A program made the translations under genes and the position numbers. This document shows positions 1-11,834 of a DNA stretch of 20,970 nucleotides, in pieces. The DNA comes from Candidatus Methylomirabilota bacterium (GTDB lineage Bacteria; Methylomirabilota; Methylomirabilia; Rokubacteriales; CSP1-6). Every line of letters begins with the position of its first letter. Within the stretch, counting starts at the first letter, position 1. The DNA is taken from NCBI GenBank assembly GCA_046726415.1, contig JBKPAK010000077.1, forward strand, positions 1 through 20,970, read 5' to 3'. The notes beneath the pieces were generated by a model. The model had not been told where the DNA came from. It saw only the letters and a list, made by a program, of their open reading frames with translations, and searched no databases.

Positions 1-1540
1 GCGAGCGCGTAATAGCCCTCGCTCTCCATCCAGAAGTCGCGCTCGAACCTCTCGCGGAGCCGGCGCGCACGTTCCCGCCACGGCGTCACTCGGTCGCGCC
101 GATCGAGGACGTCGGCGACGTCGGCGGCGCCGACGAGCGCCGCGTACAGATACGCCTGCACCTCGACGAGCGCGATCGGAGAGCCGGCGAGCCGGCCGTC
201 CGCGTGCATCACGGCGTCGAAGCTGTCCTTCCAGCCCTGGTTGGCGAGCCCCCGCGAGGAGCGACACACATATCGAAGGTAATCGTCGTCGCCGAGGCGC
301 CCCGGTCCCGTCATCCACTCGAGCGCGCGCTCAAGGACGGGCCACAGCTCGAGCGCCAGCGCGCAGTCGTGCGTCCACTTCAGATATTCGGCGAGGAGGA
401 TCACGAAGAGCGGCGTCGCATCGACGGAGCCGTAGTACGGGATGAAGGCGATCTCCCGGCACGCCGCCAGCTCGCCCCCGCGCAGCTCATGGAGGATCTT
501 GCCCGGCTCCTGGTCAGTGAAGTCGTCGATCTGCCGGCCCTGGTGCGCGGCGAGGAAGCGGAGCGTCCCGCGGGCGATCTCTGGCTCGAACGGCAGGAGC
601 TGGAGCGCCACGATGATGCTGTCGCGCCCGAACGGCGCCACGTACCAGGGGATGCCCGCGTACGTGATCGGGCCCTGCGGCGTGTCGGTCAGCAGCATGT
701 GCAGATCGCTGCGGGATCGCGCGAGCCACTCGTTCACGTACTCGTGATCCGTGCGATCTGCGCTGTTGCCGCCGTGTGCCGTTCGCGTCCCTCGCGCCGG
801 CGGCTCATGACCTCGTGGTGACCGAGCGACGACGGCACGGAGCTCGGGGCGACGACGGCCGAGACGGTCAGGCCAAGGTCGACCCGCGCCCCCGGCCGCA
901 GCGCCAGTCGGTGCACGGCGCGCGTGGGCGACAGCTCGCTCGGCGCGGGGTCGAACAGCAAGTGCGATGTCCGGAGCACGCCGTCGCAGCCGCGATACGA
1001 CAACCGCACGGCGGAGGTAGTGTGCTCGACGGGGAGCAGCGTGCCGCGCGTCTCGCGGCGGAACCCGCGCACCTCGAAGACGTCGGCGAAGTCCGACTCG
1101 AAGTCCCAGCTCAGCACCAGCTCGTGCGGCGTCTCGGCGAAGCTCTCCACCGTGAACGTCTGGTAGAGCTGGTTCTGGTACATGGTCATCCGGCGCGCGA
1201 GCCTGACGGTGCGGCCGAGCAACGCGATGCGATCCCCCTCCACGACGTCGGGGTTGGCCAGGTCGACCGCGACCTCCAACGTGTCGGCGGAGAGCGAGGA
1301 GTTCAGTACGGCGGGCCACTGGCCCTCCAGACGCAGCTCGAGGCGAGCGAGGAACCGCGTGCCGTCGACGTAGAAGCCGAATTCGCTGCCCGGCAGGTTG
1401 GGGAAATCACCTCGCGGATCCGCGACGAAGAAGCTGTCCTGATGCTTCAGGACCAGCTTCGGGAGGTCGGCGGCCACGCCGGCCGCGACGATGTAGTACG
1501 GATCGCCGCCGGGAGCTGCCCCTTCCGGATGCTCGATCAT
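1..1540 (-). pseudogene. Amylo-alpha-1,6-glucosidase / glycogen debranching enzyme family protein, one frameshift near 752-756, runs off the left edge
   Basis: The N-terminal frame reads MIEHPEG...LVLKHQDSFFV...DGTRFL...DFADVFEVRG. After a 1-nt loss the other frame reads TDHEYVNEWLARSRSDLHML...YAGIPWYVAPFGRDS...EPGKILHELR...PYYGSVDATPLF...GLANQGWKDS...IALVEVQAY, which are hallmark motifs of this family. Confidence 0.9.
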
Positions 1541-1547
1541 CGCGGCG

Positions 1548-2592
1548 TCACGCGGCGCTCGCGCGCACGAGGAGTCGCCGGTATACCGCCTCATAGTTGA
1601 GGGCCATCCGCTCGACCGTGAACCACTCCTCGGCGTGGCGGCGGCATGCGGCACGGCTGATCGTGTCCACGCACTCGACCGCGGCCGCGAGCTCGTCCAG
1701 CGTGTCGCCGATCAGCCCCGTCCGCCCCGGGACGATCACCTCGGGGACCGATCCGCACGCGCGAGCGATCACGGGCGTCCCGCACGCCATGGCCTCGATC
1801 ATCGCGAGGCCGAAGGGCTCGGGCCAGTCGATCGGGAAGAGCAGCGCCCGCGCGCCGCCGAGAAAGCTCGGCGTCTCGTCCTGGCCGATCTCGCCGATGA
1901 ACTCGATCAGCGGGTGATCGAGAAGTGGCGCGATCTCGCGGTCGAAGTAGTCGCGGTCGACGGCATCCACCTTGGCGGCGATCTTGAGCGGCAACCCGGC
2001 CCGCCGGGCGATCGCGATGGCGAGGTCCGGTCGCTTCTCGGGGGAGATGCGGCCGAGGAACGCGAGATAGGGCCCGCCGGCGTGCGAGTACGGATACTCC
2101 TCGAGCGGCAGCCCGTGGTGGATGGTGGCGGTCCAGCGAACGCCGAGCCCGTCGAGCGGCCGGCGCTGGGCGTCGCTGATCGACACCATCGGAATGCCGT
2201 GGAAGTGCCGGAACAGCGGCGGCAAGCTCGGCAGGTCCAGCCGGCCGTGCAGCGTATGCACCGTCGGTGTTCGCACGAGCCGCGTATAGGGGAACGCAAG
2301 GTAATCGACGTGACAGTGGATCGCGGCGAAGTCCGCCGCGTTGCTCGAAGACCCGGGCCAGCGCGAGGACGTGCGCCGCGATGGGATCGCGCGGCTCGGG
2401 GTCGAGCCGGAGCGCCCGCGGCGTCACCGCGACCAGCTCGGCGTGCGTGCACGAGTCACCGCTCGCGAAGAGCGTGACCGCATGCCCGCGCCGCGCCAGC
2501 TCGTCGCAGAGGTACGCGACGACGCGCTCGGTGCCGCCGTAGCGACGGGGCGGGACCCGCTCGTACAGAGGCGAGACCTGAGCGATCCGCAT
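1548..2592 (-). pseudogene. Glycosyltransferase family 4 (GT-B), one frameshift near 2338-2342
   Basis: MRIAQVSPLYERVPPRRYGGTERVV...GHAVTLFASGDS, then a frame change to DFAAIHCHVDY...HTLHGRLD...FLGRISPEK...FPIDWPEPFGLAMIEAMACGTPVIA (EX7E motif). It stops 7 nt before the glucosidase ATG. Confidence 0.9.
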
Positions 2593-2704
2593 GAGCCGTG
2601 ACTCCAGCGTGGTGCCGGGGGGGCCGCAGCGCGGCCTTTGATCTCGTAGTAACACGGAGATCGCGCGCGTCAAGGCGACGCGCGGTAGACTCAGCCTCGT
2701 GACC

Positions 2705-3228
2705 GTCGCCGGCACCGACCGCGCCATCGCCGTCGACGCCATTCCCGAGCGGGTCTCGAGCTGGCGCGCGCCTTCGGCGCCGATGATGCCCTGAACCTGG
2801 CCGATCTCACGACACCCGGGGCGCGGGTTTCAGGCGGTGATGGACCTGACAGGAGGCTTCGGCGCGAACGTGGTGGCCGACTTCGTGGGGTACCCGGCGG
2901 TCATTCCGGAGGGCCTGCGGATGCTCCGCGCGCCGGCGGCTGCTACCTCGAGGTAGGCAGCACCGCGCCCGGCAACATCTTCTCCTACGATGCGACTGCC
3001 ATGGTGGGGGGCGCGGTGCGATTCGTGGCGTGCGCGAACTACTCGCCGGGGGCGCTCGCCCAGGCCCTGACCTTCCTGCGCCGGAACCTCACGCGCTTCC
3101 CGTTCCAGCGATTGGTCTCTCACGTCTTCCCGCTGGAGCGCATCAGCGAGGGCTTCCGCCATGCCGATTGGATGAATCGCCAGGGTGGCACCGCCCACGT
3201 CTCCCGCGCCGCGGTCGGGATGGGCTGA
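2705..3228 (+). pseudogene. C-terminal remnant of a zinc-binding (MDR) alcohol dehydrogenase, about 3 frameshifts, N-terminus missing
   Basis: The stitched translation is AIAVDAIPER/LELARAFGADDALN/QAVMDLTGGFGANVVADFVGYPAVIPEGLRMLR/GGCYLEVG...LVSHVFPLERISEGF, with breaks near 2753, 2830 and 2930. Confidence 0.8.
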
Positions 3229-3308
3229 GCGACTGTCTCATGACGTTCCGCCTCATTGGCTCTTGTCATCCGGTGAAGACCCCCATCCGGTCGCTGGCCG
3301 GACGGTTC

Positions 3309-4241
3309 CTACTTACCAGCGAGGCGGGCGACGACGGGCGCGAACGCGTTCACGTATGGCTCGAAGACGACGTAGTAGGAGATGTCCCAGCGCTCGCGGC
3401 GCCTCGTGAGATCTTCGACGAGCTCGTCCACGGTCCCGATAAGCACGTAGGGGCTCTGGAGGATTTCGTCGATGCTCAGCTGCTTCCACCGGCCCGCCAG
3501 CTCCTCGGCCGCCCGGCGGCGATCGTCCGTCACGATCACCCGTTGCACAAGCGCATTCAGCTCGAGACCGGCGTAGCGGACGCTGGCGGCCTCGCGCACA
3601 AGCTGGAAACGCTCGTCGACGGCCGCCATCCGCCACCCGGAGAGATCCGGCTCTTTTCCGCCACGCCGGAACGTGATCCCCGACAGGCCCACAATATCGG
3701 CTTCCTTCGCGGCAAGGGTCAGGAGCTGTTGGCCGTTGCCACCGATGAGGATGGGCGGATGCGGTCGCTGGACAGGGAGTGGATAGATCGTGTGGTTCGT
3801 CACTCGATAGTGCTGCCCGGTGAAGGTGACCGGCTGACCTTCGAGTAGCCCCTTGATGATGGCCACCGCCTCCGCGAGCCGCTCGACCCTGGTACCTCCG
3901 TGATCGAAGGAGAGCCCCGCCTCGTCATACTCGGACTTCATGTGCCCGGCGCCCACGCCGAGCTGAAGCCGACCGTCGGTCAGAAGATCCACCGTCGCCG
4001 CCTCGCGCGCGACCAGCACGGGGTGGCGGAAGTCATTGTTCAACACGTTTGTGCCGACCTGGAGGCGCTTCGTCGCCGCGGCGGCGGCGACGAGCGCAGG
4101 CATAGGGGCGAAGATGTCAGCGAGGTGATCGGGCACGGTCAGCGCGGAGTAGCCGAGATCCTCGAGCGTGCGGGCCTTGTCTGCCCACTCGGCCCGCGAG
4201 GGCGCGCTCCAAACGTTGACGCTGAACCGGAACGGCTTCAT
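3309..4241 (-). CDS. LLM-class (luciferase-like) oxidoreductase, probably F420-dependent
   Basis: Intact 310 aa with PDHL, VGTNVLNNDFRHPVLVAREAATVDLLTDGRLQLGVGAG, PVQRPHPPILIGG and SPYVLIGTVDE. Confidence 0.9.
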   Translation of the reverse strand: MKPFRFSVNVWSAPSRAEWADKARTLEDLGYSALTVPDHLADIFAPMPALVAAAAATKRLQVGTNVLNNDFRHPVLVAREAATVDLLTDGRLQLGVGAGHMKSEYDEAGLSFDHGGTRVERLAEAVAIIKGLLEGQPVTFTGQHYRVTNHTIYPLPVQRPHPPILIGGNGQQLLTLAAKEADIVGLSGITFRRGGKEPDLSGWRMAAVDERFQLVREAASVRYAGLELNALVQRVIVTDDRRRAAEELAGRWKQLSIDEILQSPYVLIGTVDELVEDLTRRRERWDISYYVVFEPYVNAFAPVVARLAGK

Positions 4242-4476
4242 CGCCAGGACACTCTAGGCCCTCATACGTCCGCGTTCAACGACGTCGCGAGGGTACGGGG
4301 ATAGCCACCCGAGCGAGATCGCCGCTCCTCAGCCAAATATGCCGATCGCCGGTCACCGGCGTCGCCGAGCGTCGGGCATAGGTTCGGGGGCGGCCGGCGT
4401 GGCGGCGGCTGACGTCGGCGACTCCCCGGGGCTCGCGCCGGAGCTTCTGCGCTGCGCGTTGGCTCGGACTTCGCCC

Positions 4477-4602
4477 CAGCGATAGCCCGTGGAGCTCGAT
4501 GACGTGGGCGGTGTGAATGAGCCGGTCGCAGATCGCGTCGGCAAGCGTGGGCTCCCCGATCACGTCATGCCAGGCCTTGACGGGGAGCTGACTGGTGATG
4601 AG
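4477..4602 (-). mobile_element. istB: IS21-family IstB helper ATPase C-terminal fragment (42 aa)
   Basis: LITSQLPVKAWHDVIGEPTLADAICDRLIHTAHVIELHGLSL matches the IstB consensus TSQLP..W...G..TLADAI.DRL.H....EL.G.S. Confidence 0.85.
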
Positions 4603-4650
4603 GCGCGGGGAGAGCTCCTTTCATTGGATTCGCGGGCGGCGGCCCCGCGG

Positions 4651-5910
4651 CTAGACGGCGTCGCTCGGTGTTCGCCGCGCGAGGAGGACGAACTCAAGCC
4701 GGCGATGGGCCTCTCGGAGCGCGGTCTCGACGCGCTCGGGCGACTCAGCGCGGGCGAAGATGAACCCGGGGTAGCTCGCGCCTTCCGGAAGCGGGATGAG
4801 GTCCTGGCCCGGATGGGCGGTGATGGCCACCTCGTCGATCCCCGGGACGACCTGGGCCTCTGCCTGGCCGCGGATCTCCTTCAGCACCCCGGCACGCGGG
4901 ATCGGGATCATCATCACGCCGACGGCCCGACGCTCCCGCTCGAACGAGGGGATCGCCATGCCGAGAGCCTGACGGAGGATCAGCTCCTCGAGCGACAGGC
5001 CGGTGCCGAAGCGGAGGGCGCGAGAGCACAGCCCGCCGATGGACCGCGCGGCCACCTCGATCACCCAGGGGCCGAGGCGATTGACCCTCAGTTCGGCGTG
5101 CACCGGGCCATCCCGGAGGCCCAGCGCGTGGGCTGCCCGTGCGGTACAGGCGGCGATCTGGGCCTGGACGGTGGACGGAAGGCGCGACGGTGTGATGTAG
5201 ATGGTTTCCTCGAAGAACGGGCCATCGAGGGGATCCGGCTTGTCGAAGAGGGCGAGCACATGGAGCGCGCCCCTCAGCAAGAGCCCTTCCAAGGCCACCT
5301 CCCGCCCGGGGATGAAGCCCTCCACGAGAAGCTGCCGGGCGGCGTCGCCGTCAGCGGCAGCAGCCTCCGGTGTCCGGAGGATGTTCTCGAGCCGACGGAC
5401 CGCGCCGACGAACTGGGCTTCGTCATCGGCTCGGATTACCCCGCGGCTCGCCGAGAGCGTGAGGGGTTTGACGACGCACAGGAACACCAGCCGCCGCGCC
5501 TCGACCACCGGGTCGTCGCCGAAGGAACGCAGGGCGTACGGCGGCACGGGAACGCCGCTCACGCGGAGCAGCGTTCGCATCCGGTACTTGTCGCGAGCGG
5601 CCGCGGTCGATCGCACGGCGTTGTGCGGGAGGTCCAGCGCGGTCGACAGTGCGGCGGCCAGGACGGCTGTCGCATCGTCCACGCCCACCACGGCGTCGAT
5701 CGGGCGCGTCGCGGCGAACGCGAGGACCTGGCGCGCAGCCTGGTCGTGATGGAGGAAGTCGAGCGAGAGGAAACGGCCTGGCTGCGCCTGCTGGAAGACG
5801 TGGGCCCGCTCTGAGGCCACGACGACCTCCACCCCGAGCTTCCGGGCCGCGCCGAGGAAGGCCTCCGTGCGGTACGTCGTGGTCGGCAGGAGCAGGAGAA
5901 GCCGCGGCAT
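4651..5910 (-). CDS. ATP-grasp domain-containing ligase
   Basis: 419 aa with ARDKYRMR, VVKPLTLSASRGVIRAD, LLVEGFIPGREVALEG, HAELR and VIEVAARSIGG. It starts 1 nt after the nfuA-like stop. Confidence 0.88.
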   Translation of the reverse strand: MPRLLLLLPTTTYRTEAFLGAARKLGVEVVVASERAHVFQQAQPGRFLSLDFLHHDQAARQVLAFAATRPIDAVVGVDDATAVLAAALSTALDLPHNAVRSTAAARDKYRMRTLLRVSGVPVPPYALRSFGDDPVVEARRLVFLCVVKPLTLSASRGVIRADDEAQFVGAVRRLENILRTPEAAAADGDAARQLLVEGFIPGREVALEGLLLRGALHVLALFDKPDPLDGPFFEETIYITPSRLPSTVQAQIAACTARAAHALGLRDGPVHAELRVNRLGPWVIEVAARSIGGLCSRALRFGTGLSLEELILRQALGMAIPSFERERRAVGVMMIPIPRAGVLKEIRGQAEAQVVPGIDEVAITAHPGQDLIPLPEGASYPGFIFARAESPERVETALREAHRRLEFVLLARRTPSDAV

Positions 5911-5911
5911 G

Positions 5912-6319
5912 CTACTTCTTCGAAGCCGCGGAGTACGGGTTCTGCCCAGCAGCGTGGTCGGTCACGTCGAGGATCTCGACGACCTCGGGAACCTCCTCCC
6001 GGATCATCGTCTCGATGCCCTGCTTCAGCGTGACGTCCGCCATCCCGCACCCCTGGCAGCCACCCCCCATCTGGAGGTAGACCATCCGCTCTCTCACGTC
6101 GAAGAGCGTGACGACGCCGCCGTGCCCAGCCACCGCGGGATTGATCGCGGTGTCGAGGAGCTGCTGCACCTTTTCCCTGATGAGGGCGTCGGGCTCCTTC
6201 CGCACGGCCGGCGTGGCGTGTTCCGGCGGGGGCGGAACCGATCCCGCGGCCGCAGAGCCCGCGGCGTGGTCAGCAGGCGCGGGGCTCGTGCCGAACCATC
6301 CCCGGACGATACGTAGCAT
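5912..6319 (-). CDS. NifU-C/NfuA-type Fe-S carrier (Nfu domain only)
   Basis: INPAVAGHGG...YLQMGGGCQGCGMADVTLKQGIE...DVTDHAAGQNPY, with the CxxC motif. Confidence 0.9.
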   Translation of the reverse strand: MLRIVRGWFGTSPAPADHAAGSAAAGSVPPPPEHATPAVRKEPDALIREKVQQLLDTAINPAVAGHGGVVTLFDVRERMVYLQMGGGCQGCGMADVTLKQGIETMIREEVPEVVEILDVTDHAAGQNPYSAASKK

Positions 6320-6365
6320 GTGCTCCCCCTCTCGATGGGATCGCCAAGATCGGGTCGGTGCTGAG

Positions 6366-6674
6366 CTAGAGTTCGAGCTCCACGTCCGTACCGGTCACGC
6401 GCACCGGATAGCTCCGCACGCCCCGGGGAGCCGGCGGGCTCAGCGCGGCACCCGTCCTGACGTCGAACGTGGCGCCGTGCCACGGGCAGACGATCTCGGT
6501 GCCCTCCAGCTCGCCCTCGCAGAGCGGGCCGCCCCGGTGGCTACAGGTGTTGCTGAGGGCGTAGAAGTCCGCCCCGAGGCGGAAGAGTGCGACTTTTTCG
6601 CCGTTGGCTTCGATCAACTTCACCGGGTGCTCCCCGAACTCCTCAATGGTTGCGACCCTCACGAAACCCGCCAT
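6366..6674 (-). CDS. Rieske [2Fe-2S] ferredoxin
   Basis: Ligand motifs CSHRGGPL and CPWHGATFD; GGAGG RBS upstream. Confidence 0.92.
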   Translation of the reverse strand: MAGFVRVATIEEFGEHPVKLIEANGEKVALFRLGADFYALSNTCSHRGGPLCEGELEGTEIVCPWHGATFDVRTGAALSPPAPRGVRSYPVRVTGTDVELEL

Positions 6675-6725
6675 GGTCGTTGCCTCCGCGATCCGGTCAG
6701 GCGCTGGGAGGCGCCGGGACCGGGA

Positions 6726-6992
6726 TCACTTCATCGTGGTCGGCTTGGCGTCCGGGTTGTCGACGAAGAACTGCCGGTTCAGCTGGATGAAGTGCTTCCA
6801 CTGCTCCGGCGTCTCATCCTCGACGAAAATTGCCTTCACCGGGCAGACCGGCTCACAGGCGCCGCAGTCGATGCACTCATCGGGGTGGATGAAAAGCTGG
6901 TCGGGGCCCTCGTAGATGCAGTCGACCGGGCAGACCTCAACGCAGGCTTTGTCCTTCACGTTGATGCAGGGCTCCGCGATCACGTACGCCAT
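6726..6992 (-). CDS. 7Fe (FdxA-type) ferredoxin, 88 aa
   Basis: MAYVIAEPCINVKDKACVEVCPVDCIY...IHPDECIDCGACEPVCPVKAIF. It has its own strong RBS (GGAGGAGGAG) before the ATG at 6992. Confidence 0.9.
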   Translation of the reverse strand: MAYVIAEPCINVKDKACVEVCPVDCIYEGPDQLFIHPDECIDCGACEPVCPVKAIFVEDETPEQWKHFIQLNRQFFVDNPDAKPTTMK

Positions 6993-7100
6993 AGTGAACT
7001 CCTCCTCCGGAGCCGAAGCCGCCGGAGGTTCGCTGTAGCTGTCCTGAAGCCAGCCCGCGCCGGCGCACGCCGGGAGCGCGACAGTCGCGGCGGCGCCGAC

Positions 7101-7482
7101 GGTCCCGTAGCGCTCCCGGAAGTCGGCGAGAGCCGCCTTGATCGCGTCCTCAGCGAGGACCGAGCAATGGGTCTTGACCGGTGGCAGCTTCAGTTCGGCC
7201 ACGATGTCAGTGTTCTTGACCTTGCCCGCCTCTTCGATCGTCTTGCCCTTCAGCCCCTCCGTGGCGAGGCTCGGTGACGCGATCGCGCCCCCGCAGCCGA
7301 AGGTCTTGAACCGGGTGTCCTCGATCACCCGGTCTCCGGGCTCACCTTGATCGGAAGCTTCATCACGTCCCCGCACTGGGCGCGCCGACGAGCCTCGTCC
7401 CGACGCCAGGCGTGTCCGCGCGGAAGGAGCCGCCGTTCCCGGGCTTGTCGTAGTGGTCAACGACCTTGGCGCTGTACGCCAT
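7101..7482 (-). pseudogene. iscU: IscU Fe-S scaffold, degraded (two 1-nt losses near 7376 and 7329; no stop before the ferredoxin)
   Basis: MAYSAKVVDHYDKPGN...LVGAP/CGDVMKLPIKV/VIEDTRFKTFGCGGAIAS...LPPVKTHCSVLAEDAIKAALADF; AAGGAG RBS upstream. Confidence 0.88.
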
Positions 7483-7929
7483 GGCCGGATCTCCTTGTCT
7501 GGCGATGCCGACTCCGTCTGAAAATATGGGCGAAATTTCTATCGGCGATAAGCTTCAGTCGCATTGTCTCAGGGGTTAGCGCTGAATCAAGCGGAGACGA
7601 TGTGCGCGATATTGAAATATATGGCTCGAAAGAAGCTGGAGAAGCGATGTTACCCACGACGCACCGCGTCGTTCAGATCGTCAAACGCGGCCTTGAGCAC
7701 GGAGCCGAGCGGCATCCGGCAAACCGAGATGGCTATGCCCCGCCGCCCCGGCAGAACGTGTCCTTCGCCTCATCGTCGGTGTCTTTGACGTCGTGACCTT
7801 CGTCATCGCACTCCGAGAGGCCAGGGGGCGCAGACGTCTCGAGGCGGTGGACGCCGCGCAGGTCCGCCACAACGTGCGAGCCTGCGCCGAGCCCGAGACG
7901 AAACGAACCGGGTCCGAGGGAGATCCCAC

Positions 7930-10740
<2,811 letters not shown>

Positions 10741-10999
10741 CTCGTGTGTGCTTCCTCCGAGAACCATCCCGCGGTGCAGCCGCGCTGACGGTCAAAGAGC
10801 CGAACGCCCACCCCGCACGGCGCAGGGAGGTCGCGATGATCGCCCATGGACCCCCCGAAGATCGAGAACGCGCCACCGTGCTCGCCCTGCGCCATCTCTG
10901 GGGCATTCTGCTCACCGGCGGAGACGATGAGTCGGGCCGACGGCAATGCCCCACCAGCGGGGGGCCCACTCCTCCTGCCTCGGCAGGATAGGCCCATTC

Positions 11000-11387
11000 G
11001 TGTCTGACTCGACTAGGGAGCACTGCGCCCAATACGGTAGCGTATGCTGACGGGGAGAACCACAAGCTAGTAGTGGAGTTCGCCATCCCAGGAGCGCCAA
11101 CGGATACCATCGATGTGAAGATCCTGGAAGACAGCATCCACCTGACAGCGCCAGCAAGGGATATCGAGTATGTTTCAGCACTGGCTTTAGCTTGGCAGGT
11201 GAAACCTAACAAAGCCGAAGCGACCCACGAGCACGGCCTGCTCCGAATCGAAGTGCCCTTCAAAGATCCGATGGAAGATGCTGTGAAGGTCGCCATCAAA
11301 GCACGTGGCGCGGAAACCAAAACCTGCGGGGCCTTTCCCAACGCTACCAGGTGTCCTTGCGGCAAGCCCGGCGATATGTCGACGTAG
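11000..11387 (+). pseudogene. Hsp20/alpha-crystallin small heat shock protein, frameshift near 11016, C-terminus possibly replaced
   Basis: GTG at 11000 gives VSDSTR, then a frame change to TAPNTVAYADGENHKLVVEFAIPGAPTDTIDVKI...AEATHEHGLLRIEVP (sHSP A..xxGLL.I.VP motif). GC is visibly lower than in the flanks. Confidence 0.75.
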
Positions 11388-11428
11388 CTCAGCACCATCC
11401 GTAGGGGGTGCCGGTCCCGGAGCCGACC

Positions 11429-11575
11429 GTGGTGTTCACCGTCAAGCTGCCCGTCGGGCTGGTGCGGCGCGTCCGGACCCACGCCCGCTCGACTGGCAGC
11501 AGCTTGAGCGCTCTCGTGGCACGGGCGCTCGAGAACTGGCTGGAGCGGGTCCGGCCAGGCCCCCGGGGTGGGTGA
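11429..11575 (+). CDS. Ribbon-helix-helix (CopG-like) DNA-binding protein, 48 aa (55 aa if it starts at GTG 11408); not in the ORF track
   Basis: MVFTVKLPVGLVRRVRTHARSTGSSLSALVARALENWLER shows an alternating beta strand ending in LP, a helix, then GSSLSALV..AL. GGAG lies 6 nt before the GTG, and the stop overlaps the next start (GTGGGTGA). Confidence 0.75.
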   Translation: MVFTVKLPVGLVRRVRTHARSTGSSLSALVARALENWLERVRPGPRGG

Positions 11576-11834
11576 GCGGCGCATCGAGCACAGCTATGTG
11601 TTTGATCGTCTGGGGAGCGAGCGCCTCACCCAGGCCTATAGGATTCTGATTCCTCACCGTCGCCGCAGTCTGAAGCCCAGGGCCGCGGTCGGCGCGGAAG
11701 GAGGCCCGTCACATGAAGACGGCGGCGATCTACGCGCGCGTCTCCTCGGACCGGCAGAAGGAGGAGCAGACGATCGCCAGCCAGACCAGCGCGCTGCGCG
11801 CCTACGCCGCCGCGCACGAGTATCTGGTCCCTGA
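11568..11834 (+). CDS. Small hypothetical protein overlapping the 5' end of the LSR by 122 nt
   Basis: The N-terminal half (RRIEHSYVFDRLGSERLTQAYRILIP) looks protein-like and is coupled to the RHH stop. The C-terminal half is an alternate frame of the LSR. Confidence 0.55.
   Translation: MGERRIEHSYVFDRLGSERLTQAYRILIPHRRRSLKPRAAVGAEGGPSHEDGGDLRARLLGPAEGGADDRQPDQRAARLRRRARVSGP

Noticed and set aside
7360-7370. TGATGA in iscU as selenocysteine recoding
   Set aside because: The stops arise from a frameshift; the correct frame reads GDVMKL.
6726-7460. 244-aa ORF with its listed N-terminus
   Set aside because: The N-terminal part is an off-frame reading of the frameshifted iscU.
10836-10991. Short ORF MIAHGPPED... 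after a GGGAGG
   Set aside because: There is no family resemblance, so it cannot be supported beyond the RBS.
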